Below, one piece after another: positions 19,105-29,112 of a DNA stretch of 64,000 bases (position 1 is the first letter of the stretch; the number at the start of each line of letters is the position of its first letter). The DNA comes from Alphaproteobacteria bacterium (GTDB taxonomy: Bacteria > Pseudomonadota > Alphaproteobacteria > UBA2966): assembly GCA_964291395.2 (NCBI GenBank), contig OZ219856.1, positions 2,336,001 through 2,400,000 on the forward strand, read 5' to 3'. Position numbers and translations under genes: made by a program. Below the pieces are notes generated by a model. The model ran no database searches, had not been told where the DNA came from, and was given only the letters and a program-made list of their open reading frames with translations.

Positions 19105-20577
19105 ATGGCCTCGCAGATCAAGAAGCGCTGGCAAAACTACGTCGACGGCGAATGGGTGGACGGCTCCACCGGCGAAACCATACCGGTGACCGACCCCGCG
19201 ACGGGGGAGCAGATCGCCGAGGTTGCGCGCGCCACTCCCGACGACGTCGATCGTGCCGTCGCGGCCGCGCGGGAGGCCTTCAACCGCCGAACGCTCTACG
19301 ACATGCGGCCTGCCCAACGGGGCGAGCTCATGCTGGAAGTGGCCCGCGTATTCAAGGAGATGGCCGACGAGGTGGCCCTGGTCGACTGTCTCGACTCCGG
19401 ACGTACCCTGGCGGGCGGCCGCAACGAAGCCATGGCCGCGGCCCGCTATTTCACGTACTACGGCGGCGCCGTCGCACAGTTCGAAGGGAAGTCGATCCCC
19501 CTCGGCGACGGCTACGTCGATTACACGATCAACGCGCCTTTCGGCGTATCCGCCCAGATCGTACCCTGGAACTTCCCCTTGCAGATCGGCGCCCGATCCG
19601 TCGCCTGCGCGCTGGCTACCGCCAACACGGTGGTTCTGAAAACACCCGAACTGTGCCCGCTATCTCTGGCCATGCTCGGCGAAGCCTGCGAACGCGCCGG
19701 CGTGCCGAGGGGCTGCGTCAACATCATCTGCGGCTACGGACACGATACGGGCGCCGCCCTGGCGGCCCACCCGGACGTCGACCACATCGTCTTCACGGGA
19801 TCGGTCGCCACGGGCAGGAACATCCTGCATGCCGCGGCGGAGCGCATCATCCCGTGCGTCATGGAACTGGGCGGCAAGTCGGCCGCCATCGCGTACCCGG
19901 ACGCGAATCCCGCGCAGGTTGTCGGATCGAGTGCCGTGGGAATCTTCAGCCATGCCGGACAGGTCTGTTCCGCCCAATCGCGTCTCGTGGTTCACAAGTC
20001 GATTCACGACCAGATCGTCGACGGCCTGGTCGAGAAGTCGAAGGAGCTGACGATCGGACCGGGACTGGAGGATCATGACCTGGGCCCGCTGATCTCGGAG
20101 AAGCAGCTCGACAAGGTCGAGGGGTACTGCATGGCCGGCGAACAGGCGGGCGCCACGGCGCTGACCGGCGGCCGGCGCTGCGGCATGGAAGGCTACTTCA
20201 TGCAACCGACGATCTTCGTCGACGCCACGCCCGACATGACCATTGCCCAGGAGGAGATCTTCGGTCCGGTGATGGCGGTCATTCCCTTTGAAGACCGCGA
20301 AGAAGCCGTCGAAATCGCAAACGGTACCGACTATGGCCTCTGCGCCGGCGTCTACACCAAGGACCTGGAAACGGCACATTGGACCGCCGACCGCCTGAGC
20401 GCCGGCCAAGTCTTCATCAACGAATGGTTCGCGGGCGGGATGGAGACACCCTTTGGCGGGACCAAGCGTTCGGGATACGGCCGCGAAAAGGGCGTAGAAG
20501 CGCTCCTGAACTATGTCCAGACCAAGAACGTCGCCGTCAAACTCGGCGCCGGCGCGGGTGGACGTCCCGGCGGCTAA
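19105..20577 (+). CDS. Aldehyde dehydrogenase
   Basis: PWNFP, FTGS, MELGGKS, AGQVCSA, EEIFGPV. Confidence 0.92.
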   Translation: MASQIKKRWQNYVDGEWVDGSTGETIPVTDPATGEQIAEVARATPDDVDRAVAAAREAFNRRTLYDMRPAQRGELMLEVARVFKEMADEVALVDCLDSGRTLAGGRNEAMAAARYFTYYGGAVAQFEGKSIPLGDGYVDYTINAPFGVSAQIVPWNFPLQIGARSVACALATANTVVLKTPELCPLSLAMLGEACERAGVPRGCVNIICGYGHDTGAALAAHPDVDHIVFTGSVATGRNILHAAAERIIPCVMELGGKSAAIAYPDANPAQVVGSSAVGIFSHAGQVCSAQSRLVVHKSIHDQIVDGLVEKSKELTIGPGLEDHDLGPLISEKQLDKVEGYCMAGEQAGATALTGGRRCGMEGYFMQPTIFVDATPDMTIAQEEIFGPVMAVIPFEDREEAVEIANGTDYGLCAGVYTKDLETAHWTADRLSAGQVFINEWFAGGMETPFGGTKRSGYGREKGVEALLNYVQTKNVAVKLGAGAGGRPGG

Positions 20578-20624
20578 GCGGTATCCCGGCCCGAACCATC
20601 GACAATCAGATCAGGGAGGACTTC

Positions 20625-21092
20625 ATGATGGGAAGGATCGATGCGCGACTCGCCGAACTCGGGATCGAGCTCCCCGAGGCGGCGGTGCCCGTCGCGAATT
20701 ACGTGGCCTACGTGGTCAGTGGCAACATCGTTCATGTCGCGGGTCAGCTGCCCGTCGAAAACGGCGAGATGAAATACGTCGGGATCGTGGGTGACGAAGT
20801 CTCCGTGGAGAGCGGAGAGGCCGCCGCGCGGCTCTGCGCCCTGAACATCATCGCCCAGGTCAAGGCAGCCTGTGACGGAGACCTGGACCGCGTCCTGCGG
20901 GTGCTCAAGCTGAACGGCTTCGTAAACGCGCCCGCCGGCTTCAAGGATCAGCCCGCCGTCATCAACGGCGCCTCGAACCTCATGGTCGACGTCTTCGGCG
21001 ATGCGGGCAAGCATGCCCGCAGCGCCGTGGGCATGGGCTCGTTGCCTTTCAACGCGTCCGTGGAAGTCGACGCCATGGTGGAGATCAGCTAG
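20625..21092 (+). CDS. RidA/YjgF family protein (Atu1372-like subfamily)
   Basis: PVANY, AGQLP, GFVNA, INGASNL, GKHARSAVG. Confidence 0.88.
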   Translation: MMGRIDARLAELGIELPEAAVPVANYVAYVVSGNIVHVAGQLPVENGEMKYVGIVGDEVSVESGEAAARLCALNIIAQVKAACDGDLDRVLRVLKLNGFVNAPAGFKDQPAVINGASNLMVDVFGDAGKHARSAVGMGSLPFNASVEVDAMVEIS

Positions 21093-21110
21093 GGCGGCAA
21101 CTCTCGCCGG

Positions 21111-21857
21111 GTGCGGTGGGTCGTGCTTCGAGCCGACTGGCTGACGTCGCAGCCCATCGCCCATCGCGGACTCCACGATGCCGCTGCCGGTCGGCCCGAG
21201 AACTCGCTCGCGGCCTTCGACCGTGCCGCCGCTGCCGGTTATCCGACGGAACTGGACGTGCAGTTGTCGAGCGACGGCACGCCCGTCGTCTTCCACGACG
21301 ACGATCTGAAGCGCATGACGGGGCGGACCGGCCGTATCACGCGCAGATCCTCGCACGAACTTCGGCGCCTCCCCCTCCTCAGCAGCGACCAGCATATTCC
21401 CTCGCTCGCGGACGTCCTGTCGCTCATCGCCGGCAAGGTCCCGCTGATCATCGAAATCAAAAGCCACCGGTCCCAGGCCGGCCCGCTGGAGACGGCCGTC
21501 GCGCGTGCCCTCGGAGACTATCGCGGCGCCTGCGCGGTGTGCTCGTTCAACGTCTCCACCGTCGCCTGGGTCGCCCGGCACCTCCCTAACGTGCCGTACG
21601 GTCAAAACGTCATGAACTTTCGCGAAACCGGGTTTCGCCGCGCGACGCGGCGCCCTTCGTTCCGAGACATGCTCGTGAACCGCGCATCGCGCCCCCAGTT
21701 CATCGGCTGCCACACCGGTGCCGTGCCCCACCCCACGGCCGAACGGCTGCGCGGCAAAGGCATACCGCTCATCGTCTTCACGGTGCGGAACCGGCAACAG
21801 CACACCCTCGCCAAGAAATATGCGGACAACACCTTTTTCGAAGGATTCATCCCATAG
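21111..21857 (+). CDS. Glycerophosphodiester phosphodiesterase family protein
   Basis: IAHRGLH, PENSLAAF, ELDVQ, VFHD, IEIK. Confidence 0.88.
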   Translation: MRWVVLRADWLTSQPIAHRGLHDAAAGRPENSLAAFDRAAAAGYPTELDVQLSSDGTPVVFHDDDLKRMTGRTGRITRRSSHELRRLPLLSSDQHIPSLADVLSLIAGKVPLIIEIKSHRSQAGPLETAVARALGDYRGACAVCSFNVSTVAWVARHLPNVPYGQNVMNFRETGFRRATRRPSFRDMLVNRASRPQFIGCHTGAVPHPTAERLRGKGIPLIVFTVRNRQQHTLAKKYADNTFFEGFIP

Positions 21858-21949
21858 ACGTGATGATCGACAACCGGTGGCTTTGCTAGACTCGTCCTCT
21901 CGCATGCGACCTGAATTCCTCAGTGAAACGACGCGGTTCACCGCCGTCC

Positions 21950-23134
21950 ATGGGTGACGTCGAACAGGCACCGGTGACCATCAAGGCCGTCGGCGACATC
22001 GGACAGATCGATGCCGCCGAATGGGACGCCTGCGCCGGCGGTCACAACCCCTTTCTGTCCCACGCCTTTCTCAAGGCGCTGGAGCAGAGCGGCAGCGTGC
22101 GCCCCGAAACCGGTTGGGTGCCCTACCACGTGGTGGTGGAGGACGCCGATGAAAAGCTGCGGGCGGCCGCCCCTCTCTACGTGAAATCCCACTCGATGGG
22201 CGAGTACATGTTCGACTACGGGTGGGCCGACGCGTTCGAGCGGGCGGGCGGGCGGTATTATCCCAAGCTCCAGCTCGCGGTCCCGTTTACGCCGGTTACG
22301 GGTCCGAGGCTGTTGGCCCGAGACGACGGGGACCGGGAGGTGAACCGCGAACTCGCCCTGGCGGGATGTGTCGAAGTGGCACGGCAACTCGAAGTTTCAT
22401 CCCTTCACATCACGTTCCTGACCGAGGAAGAATGGAAGCAATGCGGCGCCTCCGGCTTGCTCCAGCGTACCGGCGAGCAGTTCCACTGGCTCAACAAGGG
22501 ATACGCCGCGTTTGACGATTTCCTGGCCGACCTGACGTCCCGCAAACGAAAACAGATTCGTCGGGAGCGCCGGGAAATCCACGAGAATTCAGACATCGAT
22601 GTCCAGGTCTTCACGGGTGACGATCTGACGGAAGAGCATTGGGACGCTTTCTTCTCGTTTTACGTGGACACCGGCAGCCGGAAGTGGGGGCGCCCGTATC
22701 TGAACCGCCTTTTCTTCTCTCTTGTCGGAGAGACCATGGCCGACAGAGTCGCCCTGGTGATGGCCTCACGCGAGGGAAACTACATCGCGGGCGCGCTCAA
22801 CTTCATCGGCAGCGACGCCCTTTACGGCCGGAACTGGGGTTGCCGCGAGGACCATCGCTTTCTGCACTTCGAAGCGTGCTACTACCAGGCGATCCAGTTC
22901 GCCATCGAACGGGGCCTGGACCGCGTGGAGGCAGGCGCCCAGGGGCCTCACAAACTCGCCAGGGGCTATCTGCCCGTGCACACCTATTCAGCGCACTGGA
23001 TACGCGAGTCCCGGTTCCGGGACGCCATCGAGCGTTACCTCGTCCACGAGCGCGAGCAGGTCGACGAGGACATCTCCTACCTCGCCACCCACTCGCCCTT
23101 CCGGCATTCCGAAATCGAAGACGACGGGTTCTAG
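21950..23134 (+). CDS. GNAT-fold DUF482 / FemAB-like protein
   Basis: KSHSMGEYMFD, YYPKL, PFTPVTG, LYGRNWG, HFEACYYQ, EAGAQG. Confidence 0.9.
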   Translation: MGDVEQAPVTIKAVGDIGQIDAAEWDACAGGHNPFLSHAFLKALEQSGSVRPETGWVPYHVVVEDADEKLRAAAPLYVKSHSMGEYMFDYGWADAFERAGGRYYPKLQLAVPFTPVTGPRLLARDDGDREVNRELALAGCVEVARQLEVSSLHITFLTEEEWKQCGASGLLQRTGEQFHWLNKGYAAFDDFLADLTSRKRKQIRRERREIHENSDIDVQVFTGDDLTEEHWDAFFSFYVDTGSRKWGRPYLNRLFFSLVGETMADRVALVMASREGNYIAGALNFIGSDALYGRNWGCREDHRFLHFEACYYQAIQFAIERGLDRVEAGAQGPHKLARGYLPVHTYSAHWIRESRFRDAIERYLVHEREQVDEDISYLATHSPFRHSEIEDDGF

Positions 23135-23200
23135 AGGGATTCGAGCCACCCTGAACCGCCATATGCGAGGCCGATTCCGAGGCGCATGCGCCGGACCGGC

Positions 23201-24952
23201 TTACGCGACAGGTTCGGCCGCACGGTGTTCGCGCAACGCGCGGCGGCGCGCCTCCGTCTTCTTCGCATCGACGAAGGCCCCGGATGCGTCGAGCACGACG
23301 CCATAGGTATCCCGAGCGGCCTCGACGCTCACGATCCCGTCGCCGACATCGCGCAGCACCCGATCCGGGTCGCGCTCCAGCGGATCCCCCCAACCGCCGC
23401 CGCCGCCGGAAACCAGCTCGAGACGCGACGGCTCGATGTCGATGACGCCGTACGTGGGCGTCACGTAGGTCTCGCCGCCGCGCGGCGTCAGCGTGACCCT
23501 GGAGGTGGTGCCCCCCATGCCGCCATTGCTTCCGTGAGCCCAGGATTTCTTGACGGATTCGGCCCGGAACGAGATCTCCGAAGGGAACAGGATATCGGCG
23601 ACATAGTTGACCCCGGGGCCACCCCGGTACTTTCCGGCGCCGGCACCGTCAAGGCGCAGTTCCTGACGCTGAACGCGGACCGGATAGAGCTGCTCGCTCA
23701 TCTCGGCATTGGGCAGAATCAGGGCTCCGAACGCGCACAACGGCCCGATCTGAGGGAATCCGTCACGCCCCTCGACGGCTCCGCCACCCGAACCGCCACC
23801 CCAGTGATACATGGTCGAAACGCGCCCGTCGTAGCCCGCGGCGGAGGACAGCGGGAACGCGTTCATGCCCCAGCCCGCGCAGGCCCGGGACGGGTCCGCC
23901 TGGCCGAGGGCCTGCCAGATCGCGTGGATGATCTGGTGCGCCGGAAACACGGTGCACATGGTCATGGGAGCGGGCGGCCGGGCGTTCGCGAGCGAGCCTT
24001 CGGGCGCGATGACGGTCACGCCGCGGAAGGTACCCTCGTTCCGGGGGATCGAAGGGTCGAAAAAGGTGGAGAGCGCCGAGAATACGGACGAATACGTGTT
24101 GGCGACAGAGCTGTTCTTGAAGCCTCGGATCTGATCCGCCGTCCCCGTGAAATCGACGCTCATCTCATCGCCGCCGATGGTGACCTTGACACGGATCGGC
24201 AGCTCAACGTCGTCGAAGCAGTCGTCGTCAAATCCCGATTCGGCTTCGTAGACGCCGTCGGGGAGTTGCGAGATGGCCTGGCGCATCAGGGTATCGCCGT
24301 GATCAAGCACGCCGGCGAAGCACCGGCGCCCCTCTTCCAGGCCGAAACGCTCCATGGTCTCGATGACGAGCTCCCGGCCGATGTCGGTCGAGCCGGTCAT
24401 GGCACGCAGGTCGCCGTCCATGAAATGGGGCATGCGCGAATTCAGGATGAGGAGCTGCCACAGATCCTTTCGGGTCTCGCCCCGCTCGATGAGACGCAAG
24501 GGGGGGAGGCGAAGACCTTCGTGCCAGATCTCGGTCGCCGAGGAGTTATATGTCCCGGCCGCACCACCGCCGATATCCGACTGATGAGCGCGGTTGCACG
24601 TGAACGCCACCAACCGGGAGTCCACGAAGACCGGCCGGGCGATCACCCAATCAGGCAGGTGGTTACCGCCGGCGACATACGGATCGTTGAGGACGAAGAC
24701 GTCGCCGTCCGACATGTCACCGCCGAAGACCTCCAGGAGCGCCCGAATCGCGAAGCCCCCGCCGCCCGTGTGAATAGGAATTCCATCGGCCTGCGACACG
24801 AGGTTGCCGTTCTCGTCGGCGACGAAGCACGAAAAATCATGGGATTGATTGAAGATCGGGCTACGGGAGGTGCGGATCATCACCCAGCCCATCTGCCGGG
24901 CGATGTAGTCGAGCCGGTTCTGAAACAGCGCCAATGTGATGGGATCGGTCAC
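23201..24952 (-). CDS. Hydantoinase B/oxoprolinase subunit (copy 1, intact, 583 aa)
   Basis: RSPIFNQSHDFSC, NDPY..GNHLPD, HQSDIGG, GGGGWGDPLERDP. Confidence 0.92.
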   Translation of the reverse strand: MTDPITLALFQNRLDYIARQMGWVMIRTSRSPIFNQSHDFSCFVADENGNLVSQADGIPIHTGGGGFAIRALLEVFGGDMSDGDVFVLNDPYVAGGNHLPDWVIARPVFVDSRLVAFTCNRAHQSDIGGGAAGTYNSSATEIWHEGLRLPPLRLIERGETRKDLWQLLILNSRMPHFMDGDLRAMTGSTDIGRELVIETMERFGLEEGRRCFAGVLDHGDTLMRQAISQLPDGVYEAESGFDDDCFDDVELPIRVKVTIGGDEMSVDFTGTADQIRGFKNSSVANTYSSVFSALSTFFDPSIPRNEGTFRGVTVIAPEGSLANARPPAPMTMCTVFPAHQIIHAIWQALGQADPSRACAGWGMNAFPLSSAAGYDGRVSTMYHWGGGSGGGAVEGRDGFPQIGPLCAFGALILPNAEMSEQLYPVRVQRQELRLDGAGAGKYRGGPGVNYVADILFPSEISFRAESVKKSWAHGSNGGMGGTTSRVTLTPRGGETYVTPTYGVIDIEPSRLELVSGGGGGWGDPLERDPDRVLRDVGDGIVSVEAARDTYGVVLDASGAFVDAKKTEARRRALREHRAAEPVA

Positions 24953-25022
24953 GTGTCTCCCTCCACGCAGGTTGCAGGGGGGTTCATTCTAGAACGGTTC
25001 CGGTTCGGCCGGAATCGCTTCG

Positions 25023-25039
25023 GTGGGGTCCGACCCCAC
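25023..25039. repeat. Short palindrome of GGGTC-N-GACCC (REP-like) type
   Basis: GTGGGGTC-C-GACCCCAC, intergenic between the hydantoinase B copies. Confidence 0.55.
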
Positions 25040-25061
25040 TCTCGCTCACGACCACGCGGCA

Positions 25062-26812
25062 TCAACCGGCCACTTCCGTACCCCGGGCCTCGCGCAACGA
25101 TCGGCGCAGGCAGACGGTCCGCTCGACATCCACGCACCCGTCCGATGCATCCAGCACGACGCCGTATGTGTCGCGCGCCGCTTCCACGCTGACGACCTCG
25201 TCGCAGATGTCCCTCAGCACGCAGTCGGGATCGCGGTCGAGCGGATCACCGCAACCGCCGCCACCGCCCGACGTCAGCTCGACGCGGATGGGCTCGAATC
25301 TCCTGATGCCGTAGTGCGGTCCGAGGAACGCCGGTTTGCCGTTCGGCACGAGGCGCAGCGAATTGACTTTCCGACTCCGCCTCCGTTGACCCCGTAGGCG
25401 CGGGGCACCTCGAGACATTCACCCCGGAACGAGAACTCGGATGGAGCCAGGACGTCGGCGACATAGTGGACGCCGGGCCCGCCACGGTACTCGCCCGCGC
25501 CCGCGCCGTCACGGCGCAGTTCCTGCCGGTGCACCTGGACGGGAAAGAGCTGCTCGCTCATCTCCGCGTTCGGGATGATGAGCGCACCAAAGGCGCTCAT
25601 CGCACTAACCTGGGAAAACCCATCCCGACCGGGCACTGCGCCGCCGCCGGGCGATCCACCCCAGTGGTATGCCGTGGCCATGCGACCGTCACGGCCGATC
25701 GCCGAGGAGAGCGGGAACGCGCACATGCCCCACCCGGCGCAGGCACGGCCCGGGTCCGCTTTGCTCAGAGCCTGCCAAATGGCGTGCACGATCTGCTGCG
25801 CCGGATAGAGCGTGCACATGGTCATCGGCGCCGGCGGACGCGCGTTGACCAGCGTTCCTCGGGGTGCGATCACGGTCACGCCGCGGAAGGTGCCCTCGTT
25901 GCGCGGGATCGACGTGTCGAAGAACGTCGAGAGCGCGGAATAAACCGACGAGTAGGTGTTGGCGAGGGAGCTGTTCTTGAAGCCACGGATCTGATCATCG
26001 GTCCCGGTGAAGTCGATCGTCATCCCGTCGCCGTCCACCGTGATCTTCACGAGGATCTTCAGGTCGACGTCATCGAAGCAGTCATCGTCAAATCCGGACT
26101 CTCCCGCGTAGACGCCGTCCGGGAGTTCTGCGACGGCTTCGCGCAAGAGCCTGTCGCCATGATCGAGAATGCCGGAAAAGCACTCCCGGCCCTCGTGGAG
26201 ACCAAAGCGCTCCAGCGTCTCGACGACGAGCTCACGGCCAATCTCCGTCGATCCGCACATGGCACGGAGATCGCCATCCATGAAGTGGGGCGTGCGGGAG
26301 TTCAATATGAGGAGCTGCCACACGTCCTCGCGAGTCTCGCCCGCCTCAACCAAGCGCAGCGGCGGCAGCCGCAGCCCCTCGTGCCAGATCTCGGTAGCGG
26401 CCGAATTGTACGTGCCCGCCGCTCCGCCCCCGATATCGGACTGGTGGGCGCGATTGCAGGTAAAGGCGACAAGCTCCGATTCATTGAATACCGGCCGGGC
26501 GATGACCCAGTCGGGCAGGTGATTGCCGCCGGCGACATAAGGATCGTTGAGCACGAACACGTCGCCGTCCGACATGTCGCCCCCGAAAGCATCCAACAAA
26601 GCCCGGACGGCGAAGCCGCCGCCACCGGTATGAATGGGGATGCCATCGGCCTGTGACACCAGGTTGCCTGCCTCATCCGCGACGAAACACGAGAAGTCGT
26701 GCGCCTGGTTGAAGATCGGGCTGCGCGCCGTCCGGATCATCACCCAGCCCATCTGGCGCGCGATGTAGTCGAGCCGGTTCTGGAACAGGGCCAGAGTGAT
26801 GGGGTCAGGCAT
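25062..26812 (-). pseudogene. Hydantoinase B/oxoprolinase subunit (copy 2) with a -1 frameshift near 25367-25372
   Basis: ORF 26812..25274 matches copy 1 up to YGVNGGGVGK; the C-terminus (GGGGCGDPLDRDP...) continues in the frame of ORF 25418..25062. The span is 1751 nt versus 1752 nt for copy 1. Confidence 0.8.
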
Positions 26813-26823
26813 TCACGAATCCC

Positions 26824-28914
26824 CTAGCCGGCGGGCAGGTGGATGAGAAAGTTGTTCGCGCCGTCGATTTCGAGCTCGTCATCGGCACCGACGAACACCG
26901 TGGTCGTCATCTCCTCGACCATTGCCGGGCCGGCGACCCGATGTCCGGGCGCCAAATCGGACCCGGAGTAGACGGCAACCTCCTGCCAGCCGCGCTCCTC
27001 GTCGATCCAGACACGCCGCCGGCCGGACGGCGATGGTGCACCATCGCCTTTCGCCACGTCGGGCACCTTGATCTCCGGAAGGACGCCTTCCGCCACCACG
27101 CGAAGCGCCGAGATGCGGATGAGTCCCTCCGGTTGAATATGTCCGTAGAGACGCTGGTGTTCCTGCTCGAACAGCTCGCGCGTGCGCTCGGTGGAGAATG
27201 CTTCGGACCCGTCGAACCGAACCCGCACGTCGTACTGCTGCCCGACATAGCGGAGGTCGACCTCCCGCAGGACGCGCGCGGAATCACCGACGAATCCGTC
27301 GTCACGCAACGCCCGCACTCCCTGATCCGACAGCGCGATGAACTCCTGCTCGACCGCTTGGGCCCCGACCGTCTCCAGCGGTTCCAGGAATACCCGCATG
27401 AAGTCGTGCCGGACATCCGTATGCAACATGCCCAACGCACAGAAAACGCCGGACAGACGGGGCACATAGACATTCGGGCAACCGAGCAGCCGGCCCACGG
27501 ACGCCCCGTGCATGGGCCCGGCCCCGCCGGTCGCCACCAGGGTGAAGCGGCGCGGATCGTGACCGCGTTCGCTGCTGATCTCCTGCACGGCCTGCAGCAA
27601 GCTCTGCTCGACGAGGCGGATGATGCCGGTCGCGGCATCCTCGACGCTCAAACCGAGAGGCGAGGCGATCCGCTCATCGATGGCCTCGCGGGCGCAGGCT
27701 TCGTCGAGATTTATGGAGTCGCCCGCATAGACGCCGGGGTGCAAGCGACCAAGGATGAGCTGCGCGTCGGTGACGGTGGGCTCGGTGCCGCCCAAGCCGT
27801 AGGAGGCTGGTCCGGGATTTGCGCCAGCTCCCGCGGGACCAGCGTACAGCATGCCGCCGTGATCGACGCCCGCGATGGTGCCGCCGCCAGCGCCGATGGT
27901 GAAGATGTCCACCGAGGGGATGGCGAGATCGTATCCGCCGATCTTGAAGCTCTCCGAGACATCGACGGTTCCGGCACTCATGAGAATGACATCACAGCTC
28001 GTCCCACCGACCTCCATGGAAATGAGATCGTCGGTTCCCGCCGCTTCGCCGTAGAGGCGCAGCGCGCCGACACCCGCGGCAGGGCCCGACAGGAGGAGAG
28101 CCGCCGGCTTGTCCGCGACGCGGGCCACCGAGATGGCACCACCGTTGTTCTGTACCAGCAGGATACCCTTGGGCAGGCCGAGTTCGCGCAGCCGTTCATC
28201 CAGGCGTCTCAGATAGCCGACGGTGCGCGGCGCGACATAGGCGTTCATCACCGTCGTCGAGGTGCGCTCGTACTCGCCGATGATGGGGGCGATATCGACC
28301 GACGCGTACACCCAGTCGCCGTCCCAGCTCTCCCGCAAGACCGTCTCGGCCTGCCGCTCGTGTGCCGAATTCAAGAAGCTGTTGAACAGGCAGATGGCCG
28401 TGGATTCGACACCAGCGTCGGCAAAGACCTTCGCGGCCGCCTTCACGTCATCGACGGAGAACTCCAGAATTTCATTTCCCTCGCGATCGAATCGCCCCGC
28501 CACGGGACGCCGCAGACTGCGCGGAACCAACACGGGGGGATACGGCGTGCGGTGATCGAAGGGATTGGCGCGGTAGCCGCGACGAATCTCCAGCGAATCC
28601 CGGAATCCCTCGGTGGTCAGCAAGCCGACTTTGGCCCCCTTCTCTTCCAGCACCGTGTTCGTGGCGATAGTGGCGCCGTGAACGAACAGCGCGCAATCGC
28701 GGAGCAGGGACCCGAGGCCCACGTCGAGGATGTCCGCCGCCTTTTGCAACGCATTGAATACGCCTTCCGCAGGATCAGACGGTACCGAGGGAACCTTGAC
28801 GGCATGGATCCGGTGGTCGACGTTGGCGAGCACCAGGTCGGTGAACGTGCCGCCGACGTCTACGCCGACATACCAACTGCCGCTTGCCGTTTCGCACACT
28901 GACTCCGCAGACAT
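26824..28914 (-). CDS. Hydantoinase A/oxoprolinase subunit (ATP-dependent)
   Basis: GVDVGGTFTD, HGATIATN, EYERTSTT, SGPAAG, IGAGGG, GGAGPMH; start may be 28923/28926. Confidence 0.92.
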   Translation of the reverse strand: MSAESVCETASGSWYVGVDVGGTFTDLVLANVDHRIHAVKVPSVPSDPAEGVFNALQKAADILDVGLGSLLRDCALFVHGATIATNTVLEEKGAKVGLLTTEGFRDSLEIRRGYRANPFDHRTPYPPVLVPRSLRRPVAGRFDREGNEILEFSVDDVKAAAKVFADAGVESTAICLFNSFLNSAHERQAETVLRESWDGDWVYASVDIAPIIGEYERTSTTVMNAYVAPRTVGYLRRLDERLRELGLPKGILLVQNNGGAISVARVADKPAALLLSGPAAGVGALRLYGEAAGTDDLISMEVGGTSCDVILMSAGTVDVSESFKIGGYDLAIPSVDIFTIGAGGGTIAGVDHGGMLYAGPAGAGANPGPASYGLGGTEPTVTDAQLILGRLHPGVYAGDSINLDEACAREAIDERIASPLGLSVEDAATGIIRLVEQSLLQAVQEISSERGHDPRRFTLVATGGAGPMHGASVGRLLGCPNVYVPRLSGVFCALGMLHTDVRHDFMRVFLEPLETVGAQAVEQEFIALSDQGVRALRDDGFVGDSARVLREVDLRYVGQQYDVRVRFDGSEAFSTERTRELFEQEHQRLYGHIQPEGLIRISALRVVAEGVLPEIKVPDVAKGDGAPSPSGRRRVWIDEERGWQEVAVYSGSDLAPGHRVAGPAMVEEMTTTVFVGADDELEIDGANNFLIHLPAG

Positions 28915-29112
28915 GGGCGCCATCACCTTCGCTTGGCCGTTTCGGACAACACCAGGGTGATCCCGGCAACCCGGTGATTCCCCGGCAAGAGGAGCGTTCT
29001 GTGTAGCTTGCAGGGCGCCGTCAGAGCAACCGGACGGGTGCCGGATCTCGCCCGATCGCGGGATACGGTATGGTTCGACCTGGGCTCACCGGCCGCCTAC
29101 GATGGATCGTCC

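Noticed and set aside
23186-25192. Long alternative ORFs (e.g. 23186..25192+, 26839..28902+, 35277..37418+, 53054..54643+, 61817..63523+)
   Set aside because: Antisense shadows of well-supported genes, expected in high-GC DNA; no recognisable motifs.
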